IMG/VR virus record: IMGVR_UViG_3300021399_000140
Strand: one strand, 5' to 3'
DNA length: 64,000 bases
Source: an uncultured virus (IMG/VR IMGVR_UViG_3300021399_000140)
Taxonomy: Duplodnaviria; Heunggongvirae; Uroviricota; Caudoviricetes
Shown here piece after piece: positions 37,046-49,367 of the stretch; position 1 is the stretch's first letter, and each line of letters opens with the position of its first letter. The notes below the pieces were generated by a model. That model was not told the DNA's origin. It did no database searches and worked only from the letters and a program-made list of their open reading frames with translations. A program made the position numbers and the translations under genes.

Positions 37046-37864
37046 ATGGAAAGACAGATTGCAATAGTTGCAGACTAGTGCACAGATGATTAGGTGCTAA
37101 CATCACTTGTTGATGCACTTATGGCTAATGCTGTATGCTAGCAGATAACAGTCTTCACTAAAGAAGCTAAGCCAAGCTTGAATAAGATGCATGAACGCAC
37201 TGCTTGCTAGAATGTAGTGCTTCCTATAGAGTGCGACACTGATCCAAAGACACGAAACTACATAAACAAGCAATATAGAGAAAGTGGATTTACTGGATTT
37301 CTGCATGTAATATTGTGGAACACTATAATAGACAAAGATCCAACAGATTTCTTGCTTAAGCTAGAAGACATGATGGACAAGCTTGACTACAATGTATGGT
37401 TCAACACTATATGTGATCCATGCAACTATGTATACCATAAGTATTGTCCAAGAACATACATCATGCTTGATGATCCAGAATATTAGGTTCTTAGCACAAA
37501 GAGAATAGCATTTACAAGCCATTCTAACACTTAGTGGATAGCATACAATTTAGCAAAAGCCACAGACAGCAATCTTCATTTTGATGAAGATTTCACAATT
37601 CCAATGTACTACATTATAGAGTTTCTTGCTAGAAGAAAAGCTGAAGCTGTTGAAGGTCAGCTGTATTTCATGAATGAATATTTGACTGTAGAAGAAGAGC
37701 ATGGTGTTTTCAGCAAATTCAATGTTGAAGAGAAGACGGACTAGGAGCAACTTAAGAAAGAAGATGCAATATTTGCTTCAAAGAATGTAAAGCACGCTGC
37801 AGACAACAATGTTGATGTTGTAGCTACGTAGTTCTACTTGAAGCTTAAGACAATAGCAAAGTAA
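37046..37864 (+). CDS. Hypothetical protein, possibly divergent GT-A glycosyltransferase
   Basis: Open in code 15; follows the GT-B gene; weak GT2-like pattern without a clear DxD. Confidence 0.45.
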
Positions 37865-37870
37865 TCTTAA

Positions 37871-37903
37871 ATAAGCCAGCTTTTGCTAGACAAGCTGGCT
37901 TAT
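37871..37903 (+). terminator. Inverted repeat, probable terminator
   Basis: ATAAGCCAGCTT-N9-AAGCTGGCTTAT perfect 12 bp stem. Confidence 0.7.
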
Positions 37904-37944
37904 GAAGTCTAAACTGGTATGATATCATCAAGAGGAATTTGAAG

Positions 37945-38511
37945 ATGAACCTGATAGAGTTTGACAAGAAATGCAAGTGTGGGGCAGAATTTGTCTGTGT
38001 CAAGATATTAGACAATTGTGATGTTCTTAAAGTTGGAGCAATTTGGCTTCCAGAAAAGAGCTATGACAACTAGATTCTAGCGCATGCATTAGTAGAAGAC
38101 ATTGGCACAACCGCTGAGAAGAAGCTTGGCTTGAAAGTTGGAGAGTATGTTCTTATAGACAGACTTGCTACATTTGCTCATACTGCTCCAATAGCTTTGC
38201 TGAAGTATGACAGCATCATAATGAAAGCAAACAAAGAGAACAATGACTATGAGCCATTAAGAAACTGCGTGTTTGTCGAACCTGACTAGAAAGATGACTT
38301 TACAGATGTTGGTGGAGTATATGTTCAGAACTATGCTGAAAGACTGAATACTGGAACAATAACAAAGATGAATTTAGATCAAGAGAATGTTGGTCCTTTC
38401 AAAGTTGGAAGCAAAGTAATGCTTGTCAAAGGTGGAGACTTTGTCCAAGTTGGAGAGAAGAACATATACATCTACAAGCATGACATGCTTATTTGCACAA
38501 TAGAGGATTAA
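37945..38511 (+). CDS. Co-chaperonin with two tandem GroES-like domains
   Basis: Domain 1 VGAIWLP...IG...LKVGEYVL; domain 2 PLRNCVFVEP...GGVYV...FKVGSKVML; missed by the code-11 track. Confidence 0.7.
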
Positions 38512-38513
38512 CA

Positions 38514-39305
38514 ATGGAAAACAACTGCAATTATCTGCATATGATAGACAAAAATTCAAGCAAGCCAAAAGTAGTGCTTCCTAGAGATGAAGCTGCAAAC
38601 ATAGTGAGAAGCAAGCTTGCAGACATGCTTCAGCTTTCAGATGACTTGAAGAATGTCAAAAACTAGAAGTCATTAGGTGTTCTTGTAAAAGAGCTGAACT
38701 AGACAATAAAAGATGCAAATAGCTTCATACTTTCTGAATTTTCAGAGACAGTGAAGCAATCAAAGGCAGCAAATTTGAGGTTGTCTAATTTCTTGGACAA
38801 GTACAATGCATTTGGAACATCAAAGCAGTATGTAGTTCTTGAAATGATTCCAAACAATCCAGTTGAAGACAATGATCCTCCATGCGCTGGAGAGAATGTC
38901 CATTTCAAGCATTCTATTGACTTGAACAATGTCTCATTCATTCCTCATATGAATGTCATAGCTTCATCAGAGAAAGAGCTTGAAAGCATGTTTGCTGGAA
39001 AGTACATAATTCCAATACGCTGCACAGACTGCTCTTCAGGAAAAGAGCTTATTGACATAAGTGCATTCATTGAAAGAATATTTGGCTAGAAGCTTACAAA
39101 CATGAAGCCACTTGATGACAAAGATCTTGAGAACTTCAAAGAATTTGGAACATTGACTCCAACTAGCATTGATGACCGTGATGATGACTTGACTGAGCAG
39201 CTTGTCAATCAAAGCAGAAAAGAGCTTAGCAATGACATCTATGAAGATGATGAAGCGCAATTGCCTGAAGATGAGATCAATGAAATAGAGACGAGTTTAG
39301 CATGA
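38514..39305 (+). CDS. Hypothetical protein with acidic C-terminus
   Basis: 38751 and 39102 fragments in frame via TAG; ends TGA. Confidence 0.6.
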
Positions 39306-39565
39306 TAGCAATTCCTCACAACAATGCAGTTCTTTGCAAGCAATTGAACAATTCTACCAATGAAGACAAGAAAGATGGCATAGTGTTTTAGAGAGAAAAT
39401 TTGCCATTGTATGAGGTTGTAGCTGTTGGAGAGAATGTCAAAAAAATACAATTAGACGTTGGCGATGTGATTGTGACAAACTCATAGCCAACTAAGTTCA
39501 ATCTAGATGGTACAATGTTTTTCCTTATTCATGATGACCATATTGCTGGAAAGGTTCAACAATGA
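39302..39565 (+). CDS. groES: GroES/Cpn10-like co-chaperonin
   Basis: PHNNAVLCK, DGIVF, EVVAVG, VGDVIV and LIHDDHIAGKV; 87 aa. Confidence 0.7.
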
Positions 39566-40104
39566 AAACAAAACAAGAAACAACACTGAAATTCACAAAA
39601 GTAAGAAATGTGAAGTCTCCATGTCGTGCACATCCAACAGATGCAGGCATTGACTTCTTTGTTCCAGAAGACTTGTCTAAAGAAACAATTGATGAAAAGA
39701 CAGCGCTTACTAAATCAAGTGTCATGCTTAGTGTAGACAATGGAATTGTAAAAAGCATAGTGCTTGAGCCACGACAGTCAATTTTGATTCCTTCTGGAAT
39801 AAAAGTCAAAGTTCCAGATGGATATATGCTTCAGTTCAACAACAAGTCTGGAGTAGCTTCAAAGAAAGGTCTTATTGTTGGTGCTTCAGTTGTAGATGTT
39901 GGTTATGAAGGTGAATGCCATATTGATGTCCATAATGTGTCAAATAGAAGTCAAGTCATAAATGCTGGTGACAAGATTGTCCAAGCTATTCTTATTCCTG
40001 TAAGCTTTGCAATGCCAGAAGAAGTAGCTTCAGCTGAAGAGCTCTTTGCTGGAAGCAATTCAGAGCGTGGTGAAGGTGGATTTGGTTCTAGTGGAACTAA
40101 GTAA
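39562..40104 (+). CDS. dut: Trimeric dUTPase
   Basis: DAGIDF, KSG, VVDVGYEGE, GDKIVQ and RGEGGFGSSG. Confidence 0.95.
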   Translation: MKTKQETTLKFTKVRNVKSPCRAHPTDAGIDFFVPEDLSKETIDEKTALTKSSVMLSVDNGIVKSIVLEPRQSILIPSGIKVKVPDGYMLQFNNKSGVASKKGLIVGASVVDVGYEGECHIDVHNVSNRSQVINAGDKIVQAILIPVSFAMPEEVASAEELFAGSNSERGEGGFGSSGTK

Positions 40105-40133
40105 GTTTACAACATCAAGCATTTTGATATTAT
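40105..40133 (+). promoter_or_regulatory. Sigma70-type (early) promoter
   Basis: G-TTTACA-N16-TATTAT with TG extension, same design as 15538 and 44516. Confidence 0.6.
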
Positions 40134-40139
40134 AAAAAC

Positions 40140-41396
40140 ATGAAAATTCTTACTGTTCTAGCACGTGGAGTTGAAGGCTGTGGAGTGACAGTCAACTCAA
40201 TAAAGTTCACAGAGTTCGTAAACAAGCAAAAAGGCTATAAAGCTGCATGTGTTGCGAACACTGACATAAAGTGGGGAAGAGGCAATGTCCATAAAGGTGA
40301 CATAAAGCTTCTAAGCTTCACTAAGTAGTTTGATGAGCTTAAAGCTCTTGTAGATGAATATGACAAGATCATATTCATGTGCACACCGTTGAAGAAGTCT
40401 TCAGCTTAGATAAAGAAAAGCTTTGTAGACATTCTTGACTATGCAAAAAGCAAGAAGAAGACTTGTGCATATTGCTAGTTTGACCATAAGATTCGGTCAC
40501 TTAGGACAAACATGTACAGTGATCCAGAATGGTATGGAATTTGGAAGAAGTTTGATGTAGTGTTCACTCACTCTCACACTAATGACTTTGTTGTGAAGTA
40601 TCTTGAGAAGAACAAGATTCCACACAACAGAATTGTCTGTAGAGGTGATGATGGCATTGTGAATCTTTTTGCTATTGACTTTGAAGAGCTTAAGAACAAG
40701 TTCTGGAAGAAGTTTGAAGACAAAGAGCCTAAGACAATAAAGTTCATTGGACGCGATTCTGCTTGGAAAGGTCCATGGGCATTTCGTGACTTGCATTACA
40801 ATTGGCTCATGAAAGATGGTTGGATTGCTTCAGCAGAAGGAATTGGTCTTTCAATTGGCACATTGAATGACATATTCAAGCAGATAAAGCCTAGCAAGAT
40901 TGTGCGTGATGATGTCAACATTGACTACATAAAAGCATCTAAGAAGAATGTAGCAGACATTGATGCTGGAAACATAAAGCTAGAAGCTGGAAATCCAGTA
41001 TACTTCATGCCACCATACAATCATGACACTGCTATGGAAAGACTTAGCAAGTGCTAGTTTGGAATTGAGCTTTTGATGCTTGATGATAATTTCAGCAAAG
41101 ATGTCATTGAGAATGCCATGTTTGAGATTGCTGCTGTAGGTTGCATACCAGTGTTCAGAAAGCGTTGGGCTGACAACTTCAAGCTTGTCAAGAACAGAAC
41201 GCTTGGAAGCTATCAATTTGCAGAGACAGGAATGATTTTTCTTGATGAAGAGAATCCAAAAGCTGCAGTTGAGCTTATGAACATGCTTGCTAAAGACAAG
41301 AAGAAGTATGATGAAGCAAGAGAGACTGCATACAATTTCATGAAGACATTCTTTGACGTCAAGCCAGTATACACTAAACTTCTTTAGGAGCTGTAA
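40140..41396 (+). CDS. agt: DNA alpha-glucosyltransferase homolog (T4 a-gt family)
   Basis: ARGVEGCGVT (T4 ARGLEGCGVT), DHKIRSLRTN, IGRDSAWKG and EIAAVGCIPVF. Confidence 0.85.
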
Positions 41397-41397
41397 G

Positions 41398-42441
41398 ATG
41401 AGAGAGACAGAATTAGATTACGAAGAGTATTTAGCTGCTGGTGCAGCTAAAGCAAAGTACACAGAAATATATTCATCAAAGCATGTGTTTTGCTTTACAC
41501 ATAGTGCAGACTATGATGGAATATTCAGCGGAGAGATTGTAAGGAGATTCTTCAATGGAAAAGTGAAGATAATTCCAATAAACTTTGGAGATGAAGACGC
41601 TAAGAATGTCTTGAAGAAATGGGACTTCACTGGAGCAGATGTGATAATATGTGACTTCTGCTTTGATGATGACATAATGGAAGAGATTGCGTAGACAGCG
41701 CATTCACTTACATGGCTAGACCATCATGCTTCAGCTATTGACAGAATGAAGAAGCTTAAGTCATTTGACAAGTTCTATGGAATTTGGACAACTAAGCATT
41801 CAGGAGCATACAATACTTGGTGCTGGTTCTACAATAACATGAAGCTTACAACTGCTTCAGACAGAGATGATGTTCCAGAGATAATCAACATTGTCTCAAA
41901 GTATGACACATGGACTTTCACACATGCTGAGATGCAGAAGATGATGGCGATACAGCTTGGAATGAAAGCATTAGACATAAAGTTTGGCTCAGAGCTTTTT
42001 GATGTACTTCTTTATGAAGTGAAGAACGATGGAAACACTACATATGACATGTACTAGAACTTGATGAACTAGATCATCTAGACCGGCTCAGCAATTGACA
42101 AGTACAATCAGAACTACAGCTATCGCTCATATGAGCGCATGGCATTTGATGTTGTCTTCAAAGTAAAAGGAAGAAAGCTAGTTGGGTGTGCTTTGAACAT
42201 TGATGCACATTCAGACAGTTTCAGATATGTGTATGACAAAGATCGTCATGACTTTTGTATTTCATTCCATAGACTTGGTGACAAATGCGCTAGCAAATGG
42301 ACATATGGAATATACATCATGAATGACAAGAAAGGAAAGATCAGCGCTATTGACATTGCTTAGCATATAAGTCCTTCTGGTGGTGGTCATCCATCTGCAT
42401 CTGGCGCTACAACTGATGAGCTTATAAAGGAGCTGCAATGA
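41398..42441 (+). CDS. DHH/DHHA1 phosphoesterase
   Basis: HSADYDG, ICDF, WLDHH and GGGHPSASG. Confidence 0.9.
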
Positions 42442-42899
42442 AGCAAGTCATGCATCATTACATCAGTTGGGACACTATAAGTGCATTGTCATGCACTTTA
42501 GCACTTCAACTGAAAGGAAAAGCTGACTTTGACACAATTATTTGCGTTGGCAGAGGTGGAATGGTTCCAGCAAGACTTCTGTCAGAACGACTTGGCATAA
42601 AAGACATACAATTCTGTGACTGCAGATCTTATGTTGGAATATGCAAGCAAGAAGAAGTGCATATCAAAGACACATTGCAAGATGTTGAAGGAAAGCAAGT
42701 TCTTGTAGTAGATGATTGTCTTACATCAGGAAAGACATTAGATGCAGTGTATCAGTTGTTGGCAGACAAGAAAGCACAAAGCATCTACATGGCAGTGCTG
42801 TACAAGAACATAAATGTAGATGATGTGTTTCCAATGTCATGTGCAGCATTGTATGATGCAGACAAAGAATGGCTTGTTTTTCCATGGGAAAATTGTTGA
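42438..42899 (+). CDS. Type I phosphoribosyltransferase (Gpt/Hpt-like)
   Basis: RGGMVPA, VLVVDDCLTSGKT and WLVFPWE. Confidence 0.9.
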   Translation: MKQVMHHYISWDTISALSCTLALQLKGKADFDTIICVGRGGMVPARLLSERLGIKDIQFCDCRSYVGICKQEEVHIKDTLQDVEGKQVLVVDDCLTSGKTLDAVYQLLADKKAQSIYMAVLYKNINVDDVFPMSCAALYDADKEWLVFPWENC

Positions 42900-42907
42900 G
42901 GTGTCAA

Positions 42908-43684
42908 ATGGACAAGAAGAAGTTGTTAGAGTCAAAAGAGTTTGAGAAAGCACTTGTAGAAGGTGCTGAAGCTAAGAAAGAGACAGTCACAACATATAAG
43001 ACTGCAAACAAAGCTGCATTTGAGCAGTTTAGTGAGATAATGTTCAATGCAAACAAGCGAATTCAAGAAATTCTTAGCAAGCGTCGGAAGAACAGAACAG
43101 ACGCAGAGCTTGAAGAAGTCAAGAACTTCAAGCAACTTGTAAGGCAAATGTACTTTTAGGCATAGCATTTGCTCTCTACTGAGAAGGTTGAAGCTGGAAA
43201 GAAGACAAAAATAGACAAGATTGTCGATAAGCTTGTTCCAGTGCTCTATATTCTTAGATATATTGAAGCTGATGCGCTTGAACAGAAGCTTGGACAATAT
43301 GGAATAAAATTAGACCATATGCCAACACTTGACTATCTATATGAAGATTTAGCAGACGAAGCAAAAAAGCAAGCAGTCAAAGACATATTTGCTAGTGCTA
43401 AAGGAATCAAAGACAAGATAAACAGCAACAACGAAGCTATTGGAACAAGCATATACACAAAGAAAGTTCCAATTGAGCTACAATATGACAAAGGAAACAA
43501 CAACATTGGTCTTAAGCCTGGCGACTTCAGAAAGCTTGTTGACATGAAGCTCAAGCTTGACATGGCAAAGTCAAAAGAGCAGAAAGACAAAGTTGATGAG
43601 AAGATCCAAGACCAAGCTGAAGAGAAGCAGTTTGAAATAGCTAGAGCTGAGCTTGTACGTGATGGCTTGACTAAGTTGCAATAA
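42908..43684 (+). CDS. Hypothetical helical protein
   Basis: GAGGTG RBS; two fragments joined by TAG. Confidence 0.65.
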
Positions 43685-43731
43685 AATCAAAGTAAATAGT
43701 TCTAGAAATTCAACATAAAGGAACTACTATC

Positions 43732-44433
43732 ATGATAGAAATGGTCTTTGAGAAGGTATATACGCAATACCATTGCAAGCAAAAGCTTCAGGCATTGTCA
43801 GAATATCTTGGAAAGATTCCTGGCTCAGACAGCAAGAAGTTCGTGAAGATGCTTGTGTTTGTCAAAGGTGGTCCAGCAATCTACAACATTAGCGACATAA
43901 AGATATCTCCATGCATTGGAGATGGAACAGCTACAACTACACCTGGTCCAAAGAAGGTGCAAATCATCTACACCGGAGATGAGAACTCACAAGTTATGAA
44001 GATGAAGCAGTTTGCAAATGCTTGCAAGACAATTCTTGGTGCACTTGCAGATGTTGATGAGAAAGAAGTAGTTCTTGAGGCAGCCCTTGAAGGAAAAGAG
44101 AACGCTGGTCATTCATTTAGATTCTATTACGACAATTCCCGTGCATTTGCAATTCTTGTTAAGAATGCAAATGTTGAAGGAATTGAGCAGTTCCTTAATG
44201 ACTATGAAGGTGATCTTGAAGAAGCAATTTCTCTTCCAAAGACAAGGTCAATAACAGGAAAGAAGAATCCAAAGCCAAAGTCATGGAAAGATGACTATGT
44301 GCTAGTAGATGTGTCTGACACATGTGGACATAAAGTTCGCAGATGGAAGCGGAAGGATATGATGCCAGGTGGTCCGGATATGCTTGACCAAGCACGTTCC
44401 GGTGAAAAAACCGATTGGTGGTCAGGCAAATAA
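43732..44433 (+). CDS. Hypothetical protein
   Basis: TAG-free 233 aa ORF after GTAAATA and AAAGGA. Confidence 0.7.
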   Translation: MIEMVFEKVYTQYHCKQKLQALSEYLGKIPGSDSKKFVKMLVFVKGGPAIYNISDIKISPCIGDGTATTTPGPKKVQIIYTGDENSQVMKMKQFANACKTILGALADVDEKEVVLEAALEGKENAGHSFRFYYDNSRAFAILVKNANVEGIEQFLNDYEGDLEEAISLPKTRSITGKKNPKPKSWKDDYVLVDVSDTCGHKVRRWKRKDMMPGGPDMLDQARSGEKTDWWSGK

Positions 44434-44458
44434 TAAGCTACTGCATAGTTTATTATAG

Positions 44459-44487
44459 TTGAAGGCTAGCATTTTGCTAGCCTTCAA
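44459..44487 (+). terminator. Inverted repeat, probable terminator
   Basis: TTGAAGGCTAGCA-TTT-TGCTAGCCTTCAA perfect stem. Confidence 0.7.
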
Positions 44488-44515
44488 TAGTCTAAAATTC
44501 AAAGCTGTTTATGTT

Positions 44516-44607
44516 GTTTACATGTTTGTGCATTATGATATTATATTATTGTTATGTCATGAAAGTCTAGTATCTTTAAAGACGTGAATGGTCTAACAAT
44601 GTATGGT
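44516..44607 (+). promoter_or_regulatory. Tandem early-type and middle-type promoters of the DNA polymerase gene
   Basis: GTTTACA-N16-TATTAT at 44516-44544; GTCTAA-N4-GTATGGT at 44591-44607. Confidence 0.55.
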
Positions 44608-44615
44608 ATACATGT

Positions 44616-47459
44616 ATGAGCAATTCAATATTTTCAAACGCAATATATCTAGATGACATTCCAAAAGAGTAGTGGAGAGACTACATTGGAAATGGATATA
44701 GGTCTGCATGTTATTTGACGAATGCAGAGAAAGAGGGACAAGTAGTTCTTTTTGGCTTTGACACAGCAGGAAATCCAAAGACATTTGTCTGTCCATGGAA
44801 AAGCTACATCAAATACAATGTGATGTACAAGACAGATGAGACTGACATCTATGGACATTTTGTAGCGACTAAATGGTTCAAGTCAAAGTATGAGCGTGAC
44901 AATTATGTCAAAGAAGCTAATGGCATGAAGATTGTAGAGTGCTTGAAGCCAGAACAAGAGCTTCTTCATTTCTTGTTTGATGGTGAAGTCTTGAAGATGG
45001 ACTTCAACAAGCAGCCAGTCAGAATGCATTATTTCGATATTGAGACTGAGATTAGCGACTAGTTTGAGAAGCCAGTTGATGCAAGAAATCGCATCAACAT
45101 GATGACAATATATGACAGCTAGACAGAAAAGTTCTACACTTGGAGCTTGTAGAAATGCACATTAGACTTCAATGAAGATCCAATATGCAACTATCCAAAA
45201 GACAAGTTTGTTCTGTTTGACAACTTCAATGATGATGAGACTGCGCTTCTTGAGCATTTTCTTGATTGGATGGAAGACAACTATGCTGACATAAACATAA
45301 CATGGAATGGTCGAGCATATGACTTGCCATATCTTGTCAGAAGAATTGAGAATGTTCTTGGAAAAGCTGATGCTAGACGGTTGAGTCCAGTTGGAAGATA
45401 CTTCATAAAAGATGTAAATCATGACAATGAGCGTGCTGATGTAGCTGCTGACATTGAAGTGAGCATCTCTGGTCTTTTCATTGCAGACTGTCTTGTGTTC
45501 TACAGAGACAAGTTTGGTGTAGCAGGATGCACACTTGATGGTGGCTACAGCTTAGACAATGTTGGTGAGCATGAAGGTTGTGGACACAAAGTCAAGTATC
45601 AAGGAACACTTAAAGACTTGTACTTGAAAGATTGGCAGAAGTTCTATGAGTACAACCTTCGAGATGTAGACCTTCTTAAGAGAATTGATGACAAATGCAA
45701 GATGGTTCAGCTTGCAAGACAGATAACTTCATTTGGCTTGACTGACTACAACTAGATCTATGGCTCAATTGCATATCTTATTGGCTCAGTGATGGCATTC
45801 TCAAAGACTGAGATGGGTGGAAAAGTGTTCAACTCATACATGAATGAGAAGAAGCACTTTGACAGTTTTGAAGGTGCATTTGTGTTTCCAACTATTCCAG
45901 GTGTCTATAGAGATGGAATTGGATGCATTGACTTCGCTTCACTATATCCATCAAATATAAGATCAATCAATGCAAGTCCTGAGACATATGTTGGAAAGCT
46001 TCTTGTTCAGCATCTTCATGAAGATGGCAGCTTGATGGCTATTGATGAGCTTCATGAGCCAATGTTCAACATATTTGATGACAATATAGCAAAAGCTAAG
46101 ACAGTAGCTGGACTTTATCTCAAGCTTCCAAATGGAAAGAGAAAGAAAGTCACAGTTGAGCAAGTTCGCCAACTGATAGAGACACAATGCATCTACACAA
46201 CTAACAACACATTGTTCTTGAAGCATGAGAAGAAATGGGGCGTTGTAGCTAAGTGGTGTGAGCATTTCTACAATCTTCGAAAAAGCATCAAGAAAGAAGA
46301 GATGAAAGCCCTTCACAAGCTTTAGACAGAAGGCGACAAACTTACAGAAGAAGAGAAGATCTTGAATGAGACAATAGAAGAGAACTCTCATACAGGTCAG
46401 ATTGGCGTAAAGGCAATGATAAACTCCATTTATGGAATAATGGGAACTCCGCATTCTCCTATTGCAAATCCAGACATTGCTCAAAGCATCACAAGACAAG
46501 GAAGATTCTGCAATCAGACTACAGAGAAGTTCATATTGAAGCTTTTCAAAGAGAGATTTGGTCTTCCAGAAGATGTTACGACTGTAGCAGTTGGTGGAGA
46601 TACAGACTCATAGTTTGTCAACTTAGCAGCTATAAGCAACTACTTGAGAAAGCAGAAGCCAGATCTTCCAAAGCAAATATACAAATGGCCAAAAGAGTGG
46701 AAGAAGAAGTTCTGGGACATAACCAGCGACATCATTGAGAAAGATGTAAATCCATTTGTGAGAAAGCTTGTAGCTGACTATTGCCATACTACACAAAGCA
46801 ATGTTTTGACTTATGAGCTTGAGTACATGAGTGCAATTGGAATATATGAAGGAAAGAAGCACTATGCTACATTGAAGATATTCAATGAAGGAGATCCTGT
46901 TGACGTTGTTAAGTATGCTGGAATTGAGCTTAAGAAAGCGCAGGTTCCAAAGAACATGAAGACATTCCTTGCTGACATATATGATGGAGTCTTGAAGCAT
47001 GACTGGCAAGAGAAAGAGTATGATGAGTATGTCAACAAGCTTTATGAGAAGTTTGGAAAGTTCACTATTGATGAAGTGTCATTCTGGAAAGGGTACAACA
47101 CAGAAAGAACTGCTGCTGGATTCTTGACAATGAACAAAGGAACTACTGGAATAGCGAAAGCTTGCATATACTACAACTAGATAATCGAGAAGCTTGGACT
47201 TGGAAAGCAGTATGACGAGATAAGAGTTGGTGACAAAGTAAGATTTTGCTACATTGAGCCAACAAACAAGTATGGAATAAATCAGATTGCATACAAAGAT
47301 GGACAATGGCCAAAAGAATTTGCACAACTTTTCAAAGTAGACTATCATGTGATGTTCAACAAGATAATACTTGATCCATTGAAGAGGTTCAGAGAAGCTT
47401 GCCATTTTGAGACAAAAGATCCAAGCAAGCAAGTTGTGTTTGACATATTCAGTTTGTAA
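44616..47459 (+). CDS. gp43: Family B DNA polymerase (T4 gp43-like) with 3'-5' exonuclease
   Basis: FDIET, WNGRAYDLPY, YNLRDV, DFASLYPS, KAMINSIYG, GDTDS and KKHYA; six fragments joined by TAG. Confidence 0.95.
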
Positions 47460-47468
47460 GGAGAGAAG

Positions 47469-48557
47469 ATGAGAATAATTGAAGAGCAATAGCTTGACTT
47501 TGATGATTTGATGATGTCACCAAAGCGAAGCACATTGAATTCACGGTCAGAAGTAAGCTTGTTCAGAGATTTTTACTGGACAAGCAAAGATGGTAAAGAG
47601 AATTCACTTAACTGCATTCCAGTGATAATAGCTAACATGGGAACTATTGGCACACCTAAGATGGCAACTATTGCTGCTAAGCGCGGATTCATGTGCGCAT
47701 TAGAGAAGCATATTCAAGCTTCTGACATTCTCAAGCTGTATGAAGACTTGAAAAGTTGGGAAGTCCAAGAGTGTTAGAAGGTTGGAGCTTATAGAGACAG
47801 AGTGATGCCAACATTTGGTCTAAAAGAAAACATTGATGTTCTTTTAGCACTTAAGAATGTTGGTCATGATGTGAAGTGCATATGCATAGATGTTCCAAAT
47901 GGATATGTACCAAAGTTCATAGGCAAAGTGAGAGAAATCAGGGCTATTTGTCCTAATGCTCTTATATTTGCAGGAAATGTAGTGACTGGAGACATCTGCC
48001 AAGACATAATTCTTGCTGGTGGAAATGTCGCAAAAGTTGGAATTGGACCAGGTGCAGCATGCACTACTAGAAAGCAGACTGGAGTTGGGCGTCCTCAAGC
48101 AAGTGCTGTAATTGAATGTGCTGATGCTTGTCATCAAGTTGATGGTTTCTGCTGCAGTGATGGTGGATGCAAGACTCCTGGAGACATAGCAAAAGCATTT
48201 GGTTGTGGTGCAGATTTTGTAATGTGTGGTGGAATGTTTGCTGGCGCTGAAGAGGCTGAAGGTGAAATAGTGTATTTAGACAACAAGCCACACAAGCTGT
48301 TCTATGGAATGAGCTCTAACTATGCTCAAGAGAAGCACTTTGGTGGAAGAAGAAAGTACTCTACATCAGAAGGAAGAGAGAAGTACATTCCAGTAGTTGG
48401 CAGCATCAATGACATATTTGATGACATTGAAGGCGGTCTTAAATCAGCAATGACATACATTGGAGCAAAGAAGCTCAAGAACATACCAAAGAACTGCACA
48501 TTCTACAAAGTCAACCATCAGCTCAACATGAAGTTTGACAACTGCAAAGATGCTTGA
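47469..48557 (+). CDS. guaC: GMP reductase
   Basis: LDFDDL..PKRSTL.SRSEV, ANM, KVGIGPGAACTTR, SDGG, FYGMSS and SEGR. Confidence 0.92.
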
Positions 48558-48601
48558 TTCTAGTCTTGTAAGATATATTTTAGCTGTTGAAAGGACAATG
48601 T

Positions 48602-48913
48602 ATGAAATCAAAAGAAGAACTGATATAGATGTAGCATGAAGTCTGCATAAAAAGACTTATTGACCAACTAAACGAGCGTCAAGGTAATGCTTATGTAAGA
48701 AAAGATGAGCTTGAGAACAATTTGAATAACATGCGAGTAGCTGTTGAAGCGTGCGGAGATCCAGATTTATGCAAATTCACTGAACGTGGCATTGTTGACA
48801 CAACTATAGGAATATTCTAGGATCTTAAGAAAGTAGATGAAGAGTTGAATGCTATCAATGCTGCAAAAGACTATTTGCAGCTAGATTCACATGTTGGAAT
48901 TTTGAAAGGATAA
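48602..48913 (+). CDS. Hypothetical protein
   Basis: Open in code 15; AAAGGA upstream; ends TAA. Confidence 0.6.
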
Positions 48914-48917
48914 GAAG

Positions 48918-49367
48918 ATGTTAGGAAGAGTGTACTATGCAAGCGGTTGGTTCAATCCAAAAGCAGATGAAGAAGAGCGTAGAGTCTTGAAGAAGCTTCG
49001 TGATCTTGGCTTTGACGTATTCTCTCCACGTGATGAGTTTGTTCTTAGTCCAAATGAAGGACCAGAGAAACGAAAAGAGATATTTGAGCAAAATGTCAGA
49101 GAGATGAACAAGTGCGACATCTTCTTTGGAATAACTGACTACAAAGACATGGGAACATTGTGGGAGTGTGGCTGCGTTCATGGAATAAACACTTAGACTG
49201 CAAAGAAGCGCAAGATTGTCTACTACGCTGAGACACTTCCAGAAGGAGCGCCATTCAATGTAATGCTTGCAGAGCCAGCAGATGTAGTCATCACTAAGTT
49301 TGAAGATCTTGACAAGCTTCCTGAATGGCTTGAGACTGGCCATAAGTATGAAGGAGCTATACAATGA
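48918..49367 (+). CDS. Nucleoside 2'-deoxyribosyltransferase / nucleotide N-hydrolase (NDT-MilB-Rcl) family
   Basis: VYYASGWF, VFSPRD, DMGTLWECG and FNVML. Confidence 0.85.

Noticed and set aside
21037..47459. Introns or inteins splitting nrdD and polB
   Set aside because: Both are continuous and of normal length once TAG is read as Gln
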